The notes beneath the pieces were generated by a model that saw nothing but the letters and a program-made list of their open reading frames with translations, was not told the DNA's origin and made no database searches. 64,000 nt of DNA, taken from positions 704,001 to 768,000 of the forward strand of contig OX638351.1 of the NCBI GenBank assembly GCA_951813565.1, read 5' to 3'. The stretch comes from an uncultured Poribacteria bacterium. Its GTDB lineage: Bacteria; Poribacteria; WGA-4E; WGA-3G. Made by a program: the position numbers and the translations under genes. Positions 18,831 through 29,035 of this stretch are shown piece after piece. The first letter of the stretch is position 1. Each line of letters opens with the position of its first letter.

Positions 18831-19958
18831 ATGAAAATTGATAAGATTGAGTCGTTTTTCATTGGAAACGGTTATGTAATCAGGATTCGGACCGATACGG
18901 GACTGAGTGGCATCGGACAGACAGCGTGTTGGGGCTATCCTGAGGCAGTTGAGAAAATTGTGAATACCTTTGAGAAATATCTCATTGGACAGAATCCGTT
19001 ACGTATTGAACATCATTGGCAATATCTCTACCGGATGGGGCCGTTCAAAGGAACTGCGTTAAGTGGGGCTATTAGTGCGGTTGACATTGCATTGTGGGAC
19101 ATTAAAGGCAAACACCTCGGCGTACCAATATGGGAACTGTTAGGAGGAAATTGTCGGGATAAAATTCGATTGCATCTTCTTGGCGGTGGTGGCACACCTG
19201 AAACAATGTTTGAAGCAGCAAAAGCTGCTGTAGCGGAAGGTTTTACCGCACTTAAGTTTGATCCGTTGGTCGGTAATTACCAGGATATGGCGTTAGACAG
19301 GCTTGTCAAGACAGCACGAGACCTTGTTGCTGCAGCAAGAGAAGGCGGCGGTCCTGACCTTGATTTAATCGTAGAGGTGCATCGAAAACTAACACCGATG
19401 AATAGTATCGTATTAGAGTCGGCACTGGCACCGTTTAACCTCTATTTCATTGAAGACCCGATTCAGATAGATACGATAACAACGCAAGCAGAATTAGCAA
19501 AACGGATGACAACGCCTCTCGCTATAGGTGAACGCAATGTAAGCATTTGGGAGTTCCGTGAGATCTTGGAGGCAGGAGGACCGCAATATGTGCGTCCGGA
19601 TGTCGGTTTGGCAGGAGGACTAACACACTGTAAAAAGATCGCTGCGATAGCAGAGGCATATCATAGTGCTGTTGTTACGCATAACTTTCTTGGTCCTTTG
19701 ATTACCGCTGCTTCGCTGCATTTAGATGCAAGCATTCCGAACTTTGTCACACAAGAATATACCAAAGGGGATGAATCTGATCGTTTTGCGGTTTATAAAG
19801 TTGCATATCAGCGAGAAGGCGGCTACATTCCGATTCCTGATGTGCCAGGTTTAGGTGTTGAACTTGACGATAGTTTAATTGAAGCGACTCCATTTCAACC
19901 GATGAATACCGGCTCTACACTTTTACGTGAAGATGGTTCGGTTGCTTACGCCGTGTAA
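18831..19958 (+). CDS. Mandelate racemase/muconate lactonizing family acid-sugar dehydratase (DgoD-like)
   Basis: AISAVDIALWDIKGK, LKFD, EVH, IEDP, GER, HN motifs; GGAGG RBS. Confidence 0.88.
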   Translation: MKIDKIESFFIGNGYVIRIRTDTGLSGIGQTACWGYPEAVEKIVNTFEKYLIGQNPLRIEHHWQYLYRMGPFKGTALSGAISAVDIALWDIKGKHLGVPIWELLGGNCRDKIRLHLLGGGGTPETMFEAAKAAVAEGFTALKFDPLVGNYQDMALDRLVKTARDLVAAAREGGGPDLDLIVEVHRKLTPMNSIVLESALAPFNLYFIEDPIQIDTITTQAELAKRMTTPLAIGERNVSIWEFREILEAGGPQYVRPDVGLAGGLTHCKKIAAIAEAYHSAVVTHNFLGPLITAASLHLDASIPNFVTQEYTKGDESDRFAVYKVAYQREGGYIPIPDVPGLGVELDDSLIEATPFQPMNTGSTLLREDGSVAYAV

Positions 19959-20281
19959 GCTCCGTAAGTCTATTTGATTTCAACTTTTTAGATTTTTGGA
20001 AGAAAGTAGCGAGCTGGAGGTCGCTCCTACAGTAAGTGTTTGGAATTACTTGAACACTCTGCGCCAGCGAGGTTAGGAAACCTCCAAATCAAGAAATCAA
20101 CGCTACAAATGCCATTTAGGCATTTGGCGGGTATGAATGCCATTTAGGCATTCCCCGCCTACCGGTGTGAATGTAAGAGGCGCAATGAATTGCGCGACTA
20201 CAAACGCACATAAGGATTTGGGGAGTCGCGAGCTGGAGCTCGCTTCTACAGTAAGAGTTTGGAACTTGCGAGGAGATAAAG

Positions 20282-21082
20282 ATGAATGCAGATGAAAAAT
20301 ATCTATTTGATCTGAACGGGTATCTCGTTATAAAAAATGTGTTGACCCCTGAAGAGGTCGCATTAGCAAATGAAGCGATTGACAAGCATAGTGAGAACTT
20401 GAATATTCGTCCACGTGAGCAGGCACTTGATGGTGGTTCTGCGGAACTAAGAGGAGAACACGGTAGAGGCGAACTTGGCGGAATGCTCGGATGGGAGGAA
20501 CCGTGGTGCAATCCGTTTCGGCACATGCTTGCACATCCTACACTTGTTCCATATCTCAATGTTATATTAGGTAAGGGTTTCCGCATGGATCATCAGATGT
20601 TTCTGCTTTCTATGGACAAAGGGGCGGAAGGCTTTATTTTTCACGGATCATCCGGTCCTGGGTTTGACCCTAATCAGTATTATATTTTCCGAGATGGGAG
20701 AATGCACAACGGTTTAACCGTTGTCACATTTCAACTCACTGATGTACCACCCGGTGCGGGTGGACTGATTGTCATTCCCGGAAGCCATAAGAGTAACTAC
20801 CCGTGTCCACAAGAGATGCGCCTTTATCAGAAACACCAAGAACACATCCGACAACTCGTTTGTGACGCTGGCGATGTTGCAATTTTCACTGAGGCGGTAA
20901 CGCACGGGACGTTACCATGGACAGCAGATCATCCGCGACGTTCAATTTTAACGCGCTACACTACAGGTAATATGGCTTATGTTCCAGCTTATCCTATCCC
21001 CGAATGGGCAAATGAACGGCAACGGGCAGTTATGGAACCGCCATATCATTCTCGATTAAATCGTCCGACTCTGGAGACGTAA
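20282..21082 (+). CDS. Phytanoyl-CoA dioxygenase (PhyH) family protein
   Basis: YLFDLNGYLV, GG..VIPGSHK, AGDVAIFTE.VTHG. Confidence 0.85.
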   Translation: MNADEKYLFDLNGYLVIKNVLTPEEVALANEAIDKHSENLNIRPREQALDGGSAELRGEHGRGELGGMLGWEEPWCNPFRHMLAHPTLVPYLNVILGKGFRMDHQMFLLSMDKGAEGFIFHGSSGPGFDPNQYYIFRDGRMHNGLTVVTFQLTDVPPGAGGLIVIPGSHKSNYPCPQEMRLYQKHQEHIRQLVCDAGDVAIFTEAVTHGTLPWTADHPRRSILTRYTTGNMAYVPAYPIPEWANERQRAVMEPPYHSRLNRPTLET

Positions 21083-21102
21083 ACCAAGAAAGGAATTTTA
21101 TA

Positions 21103-22164
21103 ATGTCTTCTTCAACAAGTGCGATTCTCGGATTAGTCTTTTTAGGATTAGCGAATGCGTCAGTTTTCTTGATGTTTAAGTTGTGGGGGTACCCGTTTAA
21201 TCATGAAACACATAAAAGTGAAGCACCGCGATCATTGATGCTGCTACATCGTTGCCTCGGTTATGCGTACGCGATACTTTATATCTTTATGATGTGGCAC
21301 ATGATACCACGCTTGTGGAATTATCAGGTAGAATTACCACCCCGTACTGTTGCACACTTAATGCTCGGTATTACCATTGGTGTGTTAATTCTGCTCAAGG
21401 TTGCTATCCTTCGGTTTTTCCGACATTTTGAGGAAGTAATGCCGTATATCGGTGTATCCTTACTCATTTGTACCTATCTGTTAATAGGGCTATCCGTGCC
21501 GTTCACATTTCGTGAAACTGTCCTAAGGACGCAAACAGGAGCGTTTAGCGAAGAGGGTATAGCGAGAACTCGAAAACTAATTGAAACAGCAGGATTACCA
21601 CCAGAGGCACCACTTGACCAACTTGCATCAAAGCGGAAACTCCGTGAAGGACAACATGTGTTACAACGCAAATGCGTTGTCTGTCACGACTTACGGACGA
21701 TTCTTGTCAAACCACGCACACCACCAGACTGGGTGCGTCTGGTCAATCGAATGGCAATAAAGCCGATGATCGGTGAACCGATTTATAAGGAAGAAGAGTG
21801 GACAGTCTCGGCATATCTTATCGCAATTACACCGGACATTAAGACCGCAGTCAAACAACAACGTGAAGAACAGATGCGGGCAGATGAAGCAAAAGCAGCT
21901 GTCGAAATTGCTACGTCTATTATGGGGGAAGAATCGTCAACTGTTGCAATAGTGGCTTCTTACGATGAGGCAGAAGCAAAAGCACTCTTTGAGGATAAAT
22001 GTTCACAATGTCACCCGCTTTCGGATGTTGAAGATTATCCACCTCGTTCTAAAGAGGAAACAACCGAGATGATTACTCGGATGATCGAAAATGGGCTTTA
22101 TCTTGAAGAGGAAGAAATTGAGTTGATTACGCGTTATGTAAATGATAACTATCTTGAAGAATGA
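21103..22164 (+). CDS. Membrane-anchored diheme c-type cytochrome with a 4-TM His-containing N-terminal domain
   Basis: CVVCH and CSQCH, each followed by an 'RM' distal-ligand candidate; TM His residues in LLHR and AHLMLG. Confidence 0.75.
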   Translation: MSSSTSAILGLVFLGLANASVFLMFKLWGYPFNHETHKSEAPRSLMLLHRCLGYAYAILYIFMMWHMIPRLWNYQVELPPRTVAHLMLGITIGVLILLKVAILRFFRHFEEVMPYIGVSLLICTYLLIGLSVPFTFRETVLRTQTGAFSEEGIARTRKLIETAGLPPEAPLDQLASKRKLREGQHVLQRKCVVCHDLRTILVKPRTPPDWVRLVNRMAIKPMIGEPIYKEEEWTVSAYLIAITPDIKTAVKQQREEQMRADEAKAAVEIATSIMGEESSTVAIVASYDEAEAKALFEDKCSQCHPLSDVEDYPPRSKEETTEMITRMIENGLYLEEEEIELITRYVNDNYLEE

Positions 22165-22204
22165 TAATCATGCAACAAATGGAAATATCATGGAGAAATA
22201 AAAA

Positions 22205-22648
22205 ATGAAAACCTTTACACTTACAACAGAACAGCTGATTGAGAAACCGCGGGATGAGGTTTTTTCATACTTTTCGGATGCACATAACCTGGCAGAAATT
22301 ACGCCGCCATGGCTCAAATTTGTGGTGCTTACGCCTCGTCCGATTGAAATGGAAGTTGGCACCCTGATAGACTACCGTTTAAAGCTCCGTGGTATTCCTG
22401 TTCGATGGCAAAGCGAAATAACAGAATGGAACCCTCCACATTTTTTCGCAGATGAACAACGTAGAGGCCCCTATCGATGCTGGATACATAAGCATACATT
22501 TGTTGAAACTGATGAGGGAACACTTGTAGGAGACGAGGTCGAATACGGTGTGCTGGGAGGACAACTGATCAACAAATTTTTGGTTCGACCTGATATAGAA
22601 AAGATTTTTGAGTATCGTTCACAAAAATTGCTGGAATTATTGAATTAA
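22205..22648 (+). CDS. SRPBCC family protein
   Basis: NLAEITPP, FADEQRRGPY..W.H.H.F, IFEYR. Confidence 0.88.
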   Translation: MKTFTLTTEQLIEKPRDEVFSYFSDAHNLAEITPPWLKFVVLTPRPIEMEVGTLIDYRLKLRGIPVRWQSEITEWNPPHFFADEQRRGPYRCWIHKHTFVETDEGTLVGDEVEYGVLGGQLINKFLVRPDIEKIFEYRSQKLLELLN

Positions 22649-22785
22649 AGCAACGTCTATAATCATTGATTTAGTCTCTGTAATGATCTTTCACACACAA
22701 TTTTAAATGTAAGAGGCGCAATAAATTGCGCGACTACAAACATGTTTTTTGTTAATTAAAAGCGGTCATTCAAAATAGTATAATA

Positions 22786-23030
22786 TAACGTGAGTTTGAT
22801 AATTAAATTGAATATAATAGGTTGGGTAGAGCGAAGCGAACCCAACAATTCAACCATCTTGACAGTCCTAAAGAGTTGGGTTTCACTTATTTTTCAGAAA
22901 TGTAGACCTCAAATGGGTCAACAACCTCTCTTTAGAGGCTGTTTTTTATTGCCCATTTTCGTTCTATCTCACCGAATGCCATAGGCGCATTCGGTGTTGA
23001 TTCCCTACGGGATTTATCAAATTCACGTTA
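22786..23030. mobile_element. MITE with TAACGTGAGTTTGATAA terminal IRs; near-identical inverted copy at 62874-63193
   Basis: 17-bp IR with one mismatch; the two copies align almost base for base. Confidence 0.8.
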
Positions 23031-23148
23031 ATATAGGCGCGGTTACAAACCGCGCCTACAAAAAGAGTAGACATATAAGAGCAGTTATAAACCGCCCAAT
23101 CAACGCCTTATACGTGTATGGTATTCGGTGCCTACAGAGGTTCACAAA

Positions 23149-24141
23149 CTATTCGTCAAGCCAACTCATCATACTACGTAAATTTTTTCCTACTTCTTCA
23201 ATTTCCAATGCTGACTCCTGCCGTCGAAGTGCTTGCAGGACTGGTTGATTTGCCTGATTCTCAACTACCCATTCTCGTGCGAAGATACCGCCTTGCACGT
23301 CTTTTAGTATCTGGCGCATTCTGTCCCGAACACTATCGTCAATGAGTTGTGGACCGCGCGTCAGGTCTCCATATTCAGCGGTATTACTAACATCGTTCCG
23401 CATTTTGCTTAAGCCACCAGTATAGATGAGGTCAACAATCAACTTCAATTCGTGAAGGCATTCAAAATATGCCATTTCGGGTTGATACCCTGCTTCAACG
23501 AGTGTATCAAACGCTGCTTTAATTAGGGCAGCAGTGCCACCACAAAGCACAGCTTGTTCACCAAAAAGGTCGGTTTCAGTTTCTTCGCGGAATGTGGTTT
23601 CAATCACCCCAGCGCGTGTGCCGCCGATGCCTCTTGCATAAGCGAGTGCTATATCGCGAGCAACACCTGTTGTATCTTGATGGATAGCAATAAGACACGG
23701 CACGCCACCACCACCTTCAAATACTTCGCGGACGAGAGAACCAGGTCCTTTTGGGGCAATCATGGTTACATCAATATCATCGGCAGGGACAATCTGCCCA
23801 AAATGGACGCTGAATCCGTGCGATACCATCAACATGTTTCCAGCCTGCATATTTGGTGCGATCTCATCACGATACACGGCAGAATGTTTTTCGTCAGGGA
23901 TTAGAATCTGGACAATGTCTGCCATTGCTGAGGCTTCTTCAACTGTTTTGACAGTGATTCCTTCTGCTTCTGCGCGTGCTTTTGAACGGCTGCCTTTGTA
24001 TAATCCAACAATAACGTTCGCGCCGCTATCTTGAAGATTTAGTGCTTGTGCCCTACCTTGCGCGCCATAACCGATGATGGCGACGGTGCGTTCTTTCAGT
24101 AAATCAAAATTGGCATCGCTATCGTAATAAATTGTTGCCAT
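23149..24141 (-). CDS. ilvC: Ketol-acid reductoisomerase
   Basis: [37 protein letters not shown]. Confidence 0.97.
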   Translation of the reverse strand: MATIYYDSDANFDLLKERTVAIIGYGAQGRAQALNLQDSGANVIVGLYKGSRSKARAEAEGITVKTVEEASAMADIVQILIPDEKHSAVYRDEIAPNMQAGNMLMVSHGFSVHFGQIVPADDIDVTMIAPKGPGSLVREVFEGGGGVPCLIAIHQDTTGVARDIALAYARGIGGTRAGVIETTFREETETDLFGEQAVLCGGTAALIKAAFDTLVEAGYQPEMAYFECLHELKLIVDLIYTGGLSKMRNDVSNTAEYGDLTRGPQLIDDSVRDRMRQILKDVQGGIFAREWVVENQANQPVLQALRRQESALEIEEVGKNLRSMMSWLDE

Positions 24142-24426
24142 AAAATCTTTCCTCTCTTGAATCTTAGTAATAACGTCTATCCAGTCTATAGGGTTATTTA
24201 GTTTAAGAATTGCCGGTTGATAAGTTTTACTATGAGTTTAAGTTTTGAGTGGCAGGTGCGGCTTCCTAACCAATGCAGGTAGTTTGTGCCATTCAAGTCC
24301 GCAAACTAAAAGTTTACGCTACAAAATCTTGGTGAATAATGAATCATTCATAATTAAAAACGGTATCTGCATGTCTAAATCTTATAGGTAGCAATTTGGG
24401 TTATATTATACATTGTGCAATCACTT

Positions 24427-25338
24427 TTATTTTACTTTTTCAGGTTGCAGGTTCACAAGATAAATTCCTGCTGCCACTAATCCAGTGCCCACCAATAAGC
24501 TAGCCGTTAGCGTATCGCGTAAGAATAAGTTGCTAAACAATACTCCCGACACCGGCATGAGAAAAGAAAAGACCACCAGTTTGCTTGCTTTGTATTTTCT
24601 TAGCACCGATGTCAAGACTAAAAAGCAGAAGCCTGTGACAATCCATCCTTGGTAAAGCAAACCAGCACTGCTTGCCAATGTCCACTCAATAGGTTTGTTA
24701 CGTTCAAATAGATAGCTTAAAAAGAAAAAAAACGGAATGCTTAAACCTAATAACCAGACGAGGAGTCGATACGGATAAATCTCTTGAACAAACAATTTTG
24801 TCAACGTAATGCGGAATGCAAGCAAACAAGCCGACAACGTTACAATCAAGTCGCCGATGAGATGCTCCACAACACCCACGCCTTGTAGATTCGGTGCGAG
24901 CGCTACAAACATACCGCCGAACGCGGCGAGGATTCCTAATAACTTTGTGGGAGAAAGTCGATCACCCAGAAGCCAGAAATGACCGAACAGGACCACAAAT
25001 ACTGGATACAGTGTATGACAAATAGTAGAACGCGAAGCCGTCGTGAATTGCGTGCCGACATTCATTGTAATTGTATGTAATGCCTGGAGTGCTGCAAGCA
25101 AGAGTAACCGGGGCAACTCCTCAAAACGCAATCGCATTGACACCCCATAGCAGAATCCTATCCCTCCAACAACGATAAGACCTAATATGCTACGCAAAAG
25201 TGCCATTTTCAGTGGTGGGAAGCCTTGCAAACCAATTTTAACAGATAATGATCCCGCACCTAAAAGAGAAACAACAAACAATATGAGGACTATAATCTTA
25301 CCGGAGGGATCTTCATTTCTAAATTCTTTTTCTATCAT
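24427..25338 (-). CDS. DMT/EamA-family transporter
   Basis: 10 TM segments, two EamA repeats, 'IGDL' and 'PV.GV' motifs. Confidence 0.85.
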   Translation of the reverse strand: MIEKEFRNEDPSGKIIVLILFVVSLLGAGSLSVKIGLQGFPPLKMALLRSILGLIVVGGIGFCYGVSMRLRFEELPRLLLLAALQALHTITMNVGTQFTTASRSTICHTLYPVFVVLFGHFWLLGDRLSPTKLLGILAAFGGMFVALAPNLQGVGVVEHLIGDLIVTLSACLLAFRITLTKLFVQEIYPYRLLVWLLGLSIPFFFFLSYLFERNKPIEWTLASSAGLLYQGWIVTGFCFLVLTSVLRKYKASKLVVFSFLMPVSGVLFSNLFLRDTLTASLLVGTGLVAAGIYLVNLQPEKVK

Positions 25339-25889
25339 AAATACTTTCTTGCCTTTGTAGTGCCTCGTGAGCTCCCAATGGTAAGTCCATAGATGAGGGA
25401 CTGTGTTTCCTGTTCTTCTGCGTGGAGGATTGATGTTGCAGCCCCAAATATTACATATTACTTCGATTTCTCACATTTACCTCCGTTGTTTTGATATAAC
25501 CTATCTTTAGAGAGATTGTTCATTGGTAGGTATTGTTTAAGTAATACCACTTCTATATGATAATAGGACATTATTTCGTAGGTCGGGTAGAAGCGTTAGC
25601 AAAACCCGACTTTTTATGGTGTCTGCCCGTTGCATGGCACGTCCTGCACAGTGGCGGGGCACCAAATCAAGAAATCAACGGTATGAATAACATTTAGTTA
25701 TTCACCGGGTATGAATGCCTTATGGCATTCCCCGGGACCCCGCCCTACAGTGGAAAACGCCGCGTAATCATTGCAAATTGAACCTATGTAACCAAATATT
25801 TACACACCCGTGACAATTTGTCAATTAGAAATGATATGATGATATGGGAAAGTAACTAACCGGAGAATTGAAGGCTACACTAACAAGTC

Positions 25890-26387
25890 CTATTTTGTAG
25901 TACCCCGCATCATCGCTACTTTGCCAGTGCGCGATAATTCAAGGATACCGTAGGTATTGAAAATATCTATCGCCGCTTTCAATTTACCCTCATCCCCAGT
26001 AATTTCAAGCACTAAAGAGGCAGGTTTCATATCAATAACACGTCCACGGAAAACCTCTGCAACTTGTAGAATCTCGGTACGTTTTTGCGGATCATCGGTC
26101 GCAACCTTGATAAGAACGAGTTCACGTTCAACATGTGTTCCGGTGGTTAGGTCTGTAACCTCAATAACGTCAATTAACCTATTCAGATGCTGATAGATCT
26201 GATCAATTATCTGTGCATCCCCATGTGTAACAAGCGTCATGTGTGAGATGCTCTTGTCGTGGGTTTCGGCGACGTTGAGACTGTCAATATTAAAGCCGCG
26301 TCCACTAAAAAGTCCCGCCACGCGTGCAAGGACTCCAAATCGGTTTTCAACCAAAACTGAAAAAATATGTCTTTCTTCTTTGCTCAT
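25890..26387 (-). CDS. ilvN: Acetolactate synthase small subunit
   Basis: VLVENRFGVLARVAGLFSGRGFNIDSL, ERELVLIKV, RTG. Confidence 0.95.
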   Translation of the reverse strand: MSKEERHIFSVLVENRFGVLARVAGLFSGRGFNIDSLNVAETHDKSISHMTLVTHGDAQIIDQIYQHLNRLIDVIEVTDLTTGTHVERELVLIKVATDDPQKRTEILQVAEVFRGRVIDMKPASLVLEITGDEGKLKAAIDIFNTYGILELSRTGKVAMMRGTTK

Positions 26388-26444
26388 TTTCTATATTAAC
26401 TTTTACACCGCTTGTTAAATCGGTTGTTGATTTGTAGGTTATTA

Positions 26445-26729
26445 TGTCTGAACCAAGATTAGCAAGATTATAGGATTTTCAGGAATAGCATCTTCTAATA
26501 CCAATTCTATGAATTATTTTCCCTTTTGAAAAATGTAAGAGGCGCAATAAATTGCGCGACTACGAACGGTCTATTTCAAAATAGTTATTTTTGAGACATG
26601 GTATAATGTAATGTCTTTTCACAAGATAGGCATAATTGCTTATCAAGCATTAACATCTATCCGTTGAAAAACATATATCTTCACAGCAATCCTGAAAATC
26701 TGTCAATCCTGAGAATCTTGGTTCAGACA
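26445..26729. repeat. Second TGTCTGAACCAAGATT element with a nested ATACCAATTCT-type MITE
   Basis: Same terminal IRs as 6154-6262; nested element at ~26498-26604. Confidence 0.6.
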
Positions 26730-26777
26730 TACTACTCAATTAGGGAATAATGCAGTATAATCACATAACACAAGTAT

Positions 26778-28460
26778 TTAGGACAGTCCGCGGATAACAT
26801 CCCCAAGTCCTGCTCCTGCTGGTACCATCGGGAATACGTTCTCCTCTTCATCAACGATAAAGTCAATAACAACAGGACCGTCATTGATTCCTTTTGCTTT
26901 TAGCAATGCAGGCTCAACATCTTCAGGATGTTCAACGCGAAGACCAGTTGCACCGAATGCTTGCGCAAGCAATGCGAAATCGGGGTTGTCGTGATAATCC
27001 ACAGCGGAATAGCGTTTGTGGTGGAAAAGTTCCTGCCATTGCCGCACCATCCCTAAATACATATTGTTGATGATGAAGATTTTAAGTGGCAACTTCATTG
27101 TAATCGCGGGCACTAATTCTTGAATGGTCATAATATATGAGCCATCACCGTTAATATTGACAACGGTTTTGTCTGGACATCCGAGTTGTGCGCCGATTGC
27201 TGCAGGAAGACTGAATCCCATTGTGCCGAGACCACCCGAGTTCAACCATTGACGCGGTTCAGTAAATTTGAAGTATTGTGCTGCCCACATCTGGTGTTGC
27301 CCAACATCCGCTACGACAATCGCATCGCTGTAATGTTTATAAATCTGCTCTATGACATATTGTGGCATCACCTTATCGGCTTTTTGCTCATATTCAAATG
27401 GATACTTCTGTTTCCACTCCTGAATTTGCGTGCGCCATGGGTCAATATCTGCTGTGTCGACCTGCTTATTTAATTCAGTAAGGACATTTTTCGCATCGCC
27501 AACAATTGGAACATCTACGGGTACATTTTTCCCAATACAGGACGCATCAATATCAATATGGATTTTTTTAGCATTGGGAGCGAATTTGTCAAGGTCACCG
27601 GTAACCCTATCATCAAATCTTGCACCGATTGCAATAACGAGATCAGCATCGGTGAAAGCATAATTGGCACAGCAAGAACCGTGCATTCCGGGCATCTCCA
27701 TCGCCAATGGATGTGTTTCGGGAAACGCGCCAAGTCCCATCAATGTGACGGTAATAGGGATACGCGTTTTGAGAGTTAACTCTTGCAGTTCTTTGCTTGC
27801 ATTTGCCAGCACTACACCACCACCAGCATAAAGCATCGGTTTTTCTGCTTCCTTAATTAACGCTGCGGCTTTTGCGATTTGCGCGGGATCACCATGCACT
27901 TGCGGTTTATAACTGCGAATATCAACTGTTTCTGGATACTTAAACAGAGTCTCATTTCTCTGAGCATCTTTAGCAATGTCAATAATAACGGGACCAGGTT
28001 TTCCAGTACTTGCGATGTGGAATGCTTCAGCGACAACGTCTGCCACCTCATCACAACTTTTGATGAGATAACTGTGCTTACATATTGGTCGGGTTACGCC
28101 AATAACATCACATTCTTGAAAAGCATCGCTGCCAATCCAGTGGGTAAACACCTGTCCGGTAATCGCTACCATCGGAATAGAATCCATATAGGCTGTTGCG
28201 ATTCCAGTGACGAGGTTAGTTGCACCTGGACCGGAGGTTGCCAGTGCAACACCAACTTTTCCAGTGGCGCGCGCATATCCATCGGCAGCGTGAGAAACTC
28301 CCTGCTCATGCCGCATCGGAATCAATTTCAATTCTGTTTCGTCGTATAGAGCATCGAAAATCGGCATTGCCGCGCCACCGTTCACACCGAAGATATATTC
28401 GACACCTTCACGTTTGAGACAATCAACCAGGATTCTTGCTCCTGAAAGTTCCATGCCCAT
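26778..28460 (-). CDS. ilvB: Acetolactate synthase large subunit
   Basis: RHEQG..HAADGYAR, TSGPGATN, GARFDDRVTG, GDGSY..N ThDP motif, GMVRQWQ. Confidence 0.97.
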   Translation of the reverse strand: MGMELSGARILVDCLKREGVEYIFGVNGGAAMPIFDALYDETELKLIPMRHEQGVSHAADGYARATGKVGVALATSGPGATNLVTGIATAYMDSIPMVAITGQVFTHWIGSDAFQECDVIGVTRPICKHSYLIKSCDEVADVVAEAFHIASTGKPGPVIIDIAKDAQRNETLFKYPETVDIRSYKPQVHGDPAQIAKAAALIKEAEKPMLYAGGGVVLANASKELQELTLKTRIPITVTLMGLGAFPETHPLAMEMPGMHGSCCANYAFTDADLVIAIGARFDDRVTGDLDKFAPNAKKIHIDIDASCIGKNVPVDVPIVGDAKNVLTELNKQVDTADIDPWRTQIQEWKQKYPFEYEQKADKVMPQYVIEQIYKHYSDAIVVADVGQHQMWAAQYFKFTEPRQWLNSGGLGTMGFSLPAAIGAQLGCPDKTVVNINGDGSYIMTIQELVPAITMKLPLKIFIINNMYLGMVRQWQELFHHKRYSAVDYHDNPDFALLAQAFGATGLRVEHPEDVEPALLKAKGINDGPVVIDFIVDEEENVFPMVPAGAGLGDVIRGLS

Positions 28461-28514
28461 TTACCTCATAAACGGTAGTAGACACACTCTGTTGTGTCGT
28501 GATTTGTTGAAAGT

Positions 28515-28830
28515 AAAAAACCCTCTCGTTCCACTTTGGAGACGAGAAGGATACGTAAAATAACCTTACCGTGGTACCACTCCAATTCTCTCCCTTGTTT
28601 CAAAGAATAAGGTTTTTACCTTACAGAACAAGGAAAAGCACTCTTGGGATGCAATAACGGACATCACACCGACTAACCCTACTTATCGCGATTCGGAGAT
28701 CGCTCCTACAGTTGTTCAGATTAGCAGCTCCAGGGCGACCTTCAGTCTTTAGGTACTTGGGAAAACCTTTCAGCCAATGAGTCTTCCTCTCTTGCAAGCC
28801 CGGAGGACCTACTCCTCCCCTTCAACGCTT
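28515..28830 (-). promoter_or_regulatory. T-box riboswitch leader of ilvBN(C) with terminator
   Basis: Minus strand: GCGTTGA, AGTA, GAGAG, GCTGAAAG, TGGAGC (stem I); stem II; CCGTTA; T-box AATTGGAGTGGTACCACGG (28569-28587); terminator hairpin plus T-run (28515-28550). Confidence 0.88.
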
Positions 28831-28912
28831 TTTAGTAATCTATTTAATTTTATTACACACCGTTTTTCCTAACAATTACCGGCGTTTGAAATGTATTATC
28901 TGTATCCTTATA

Positions 28913-28941
28913 ATTATAATATCATTAAGAGGAAATGTCAA
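28913..28941 (-). promoter_or_regulatory. Sigma70 promoter for the ilv T-box leader
   Basis: TTGACA-17 bp-TATAAT, perfect consensus. Confidence 0.8.
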
Positions 28942-29035
28942 GAAAATTGTTGACAAACCTCCCAAAAGTTCAGTTGCCGTAGCCTCAATCAGAAGATTGG
29001 GACTACGGATAATGGATTCTTCTAATGAAGGTCAA

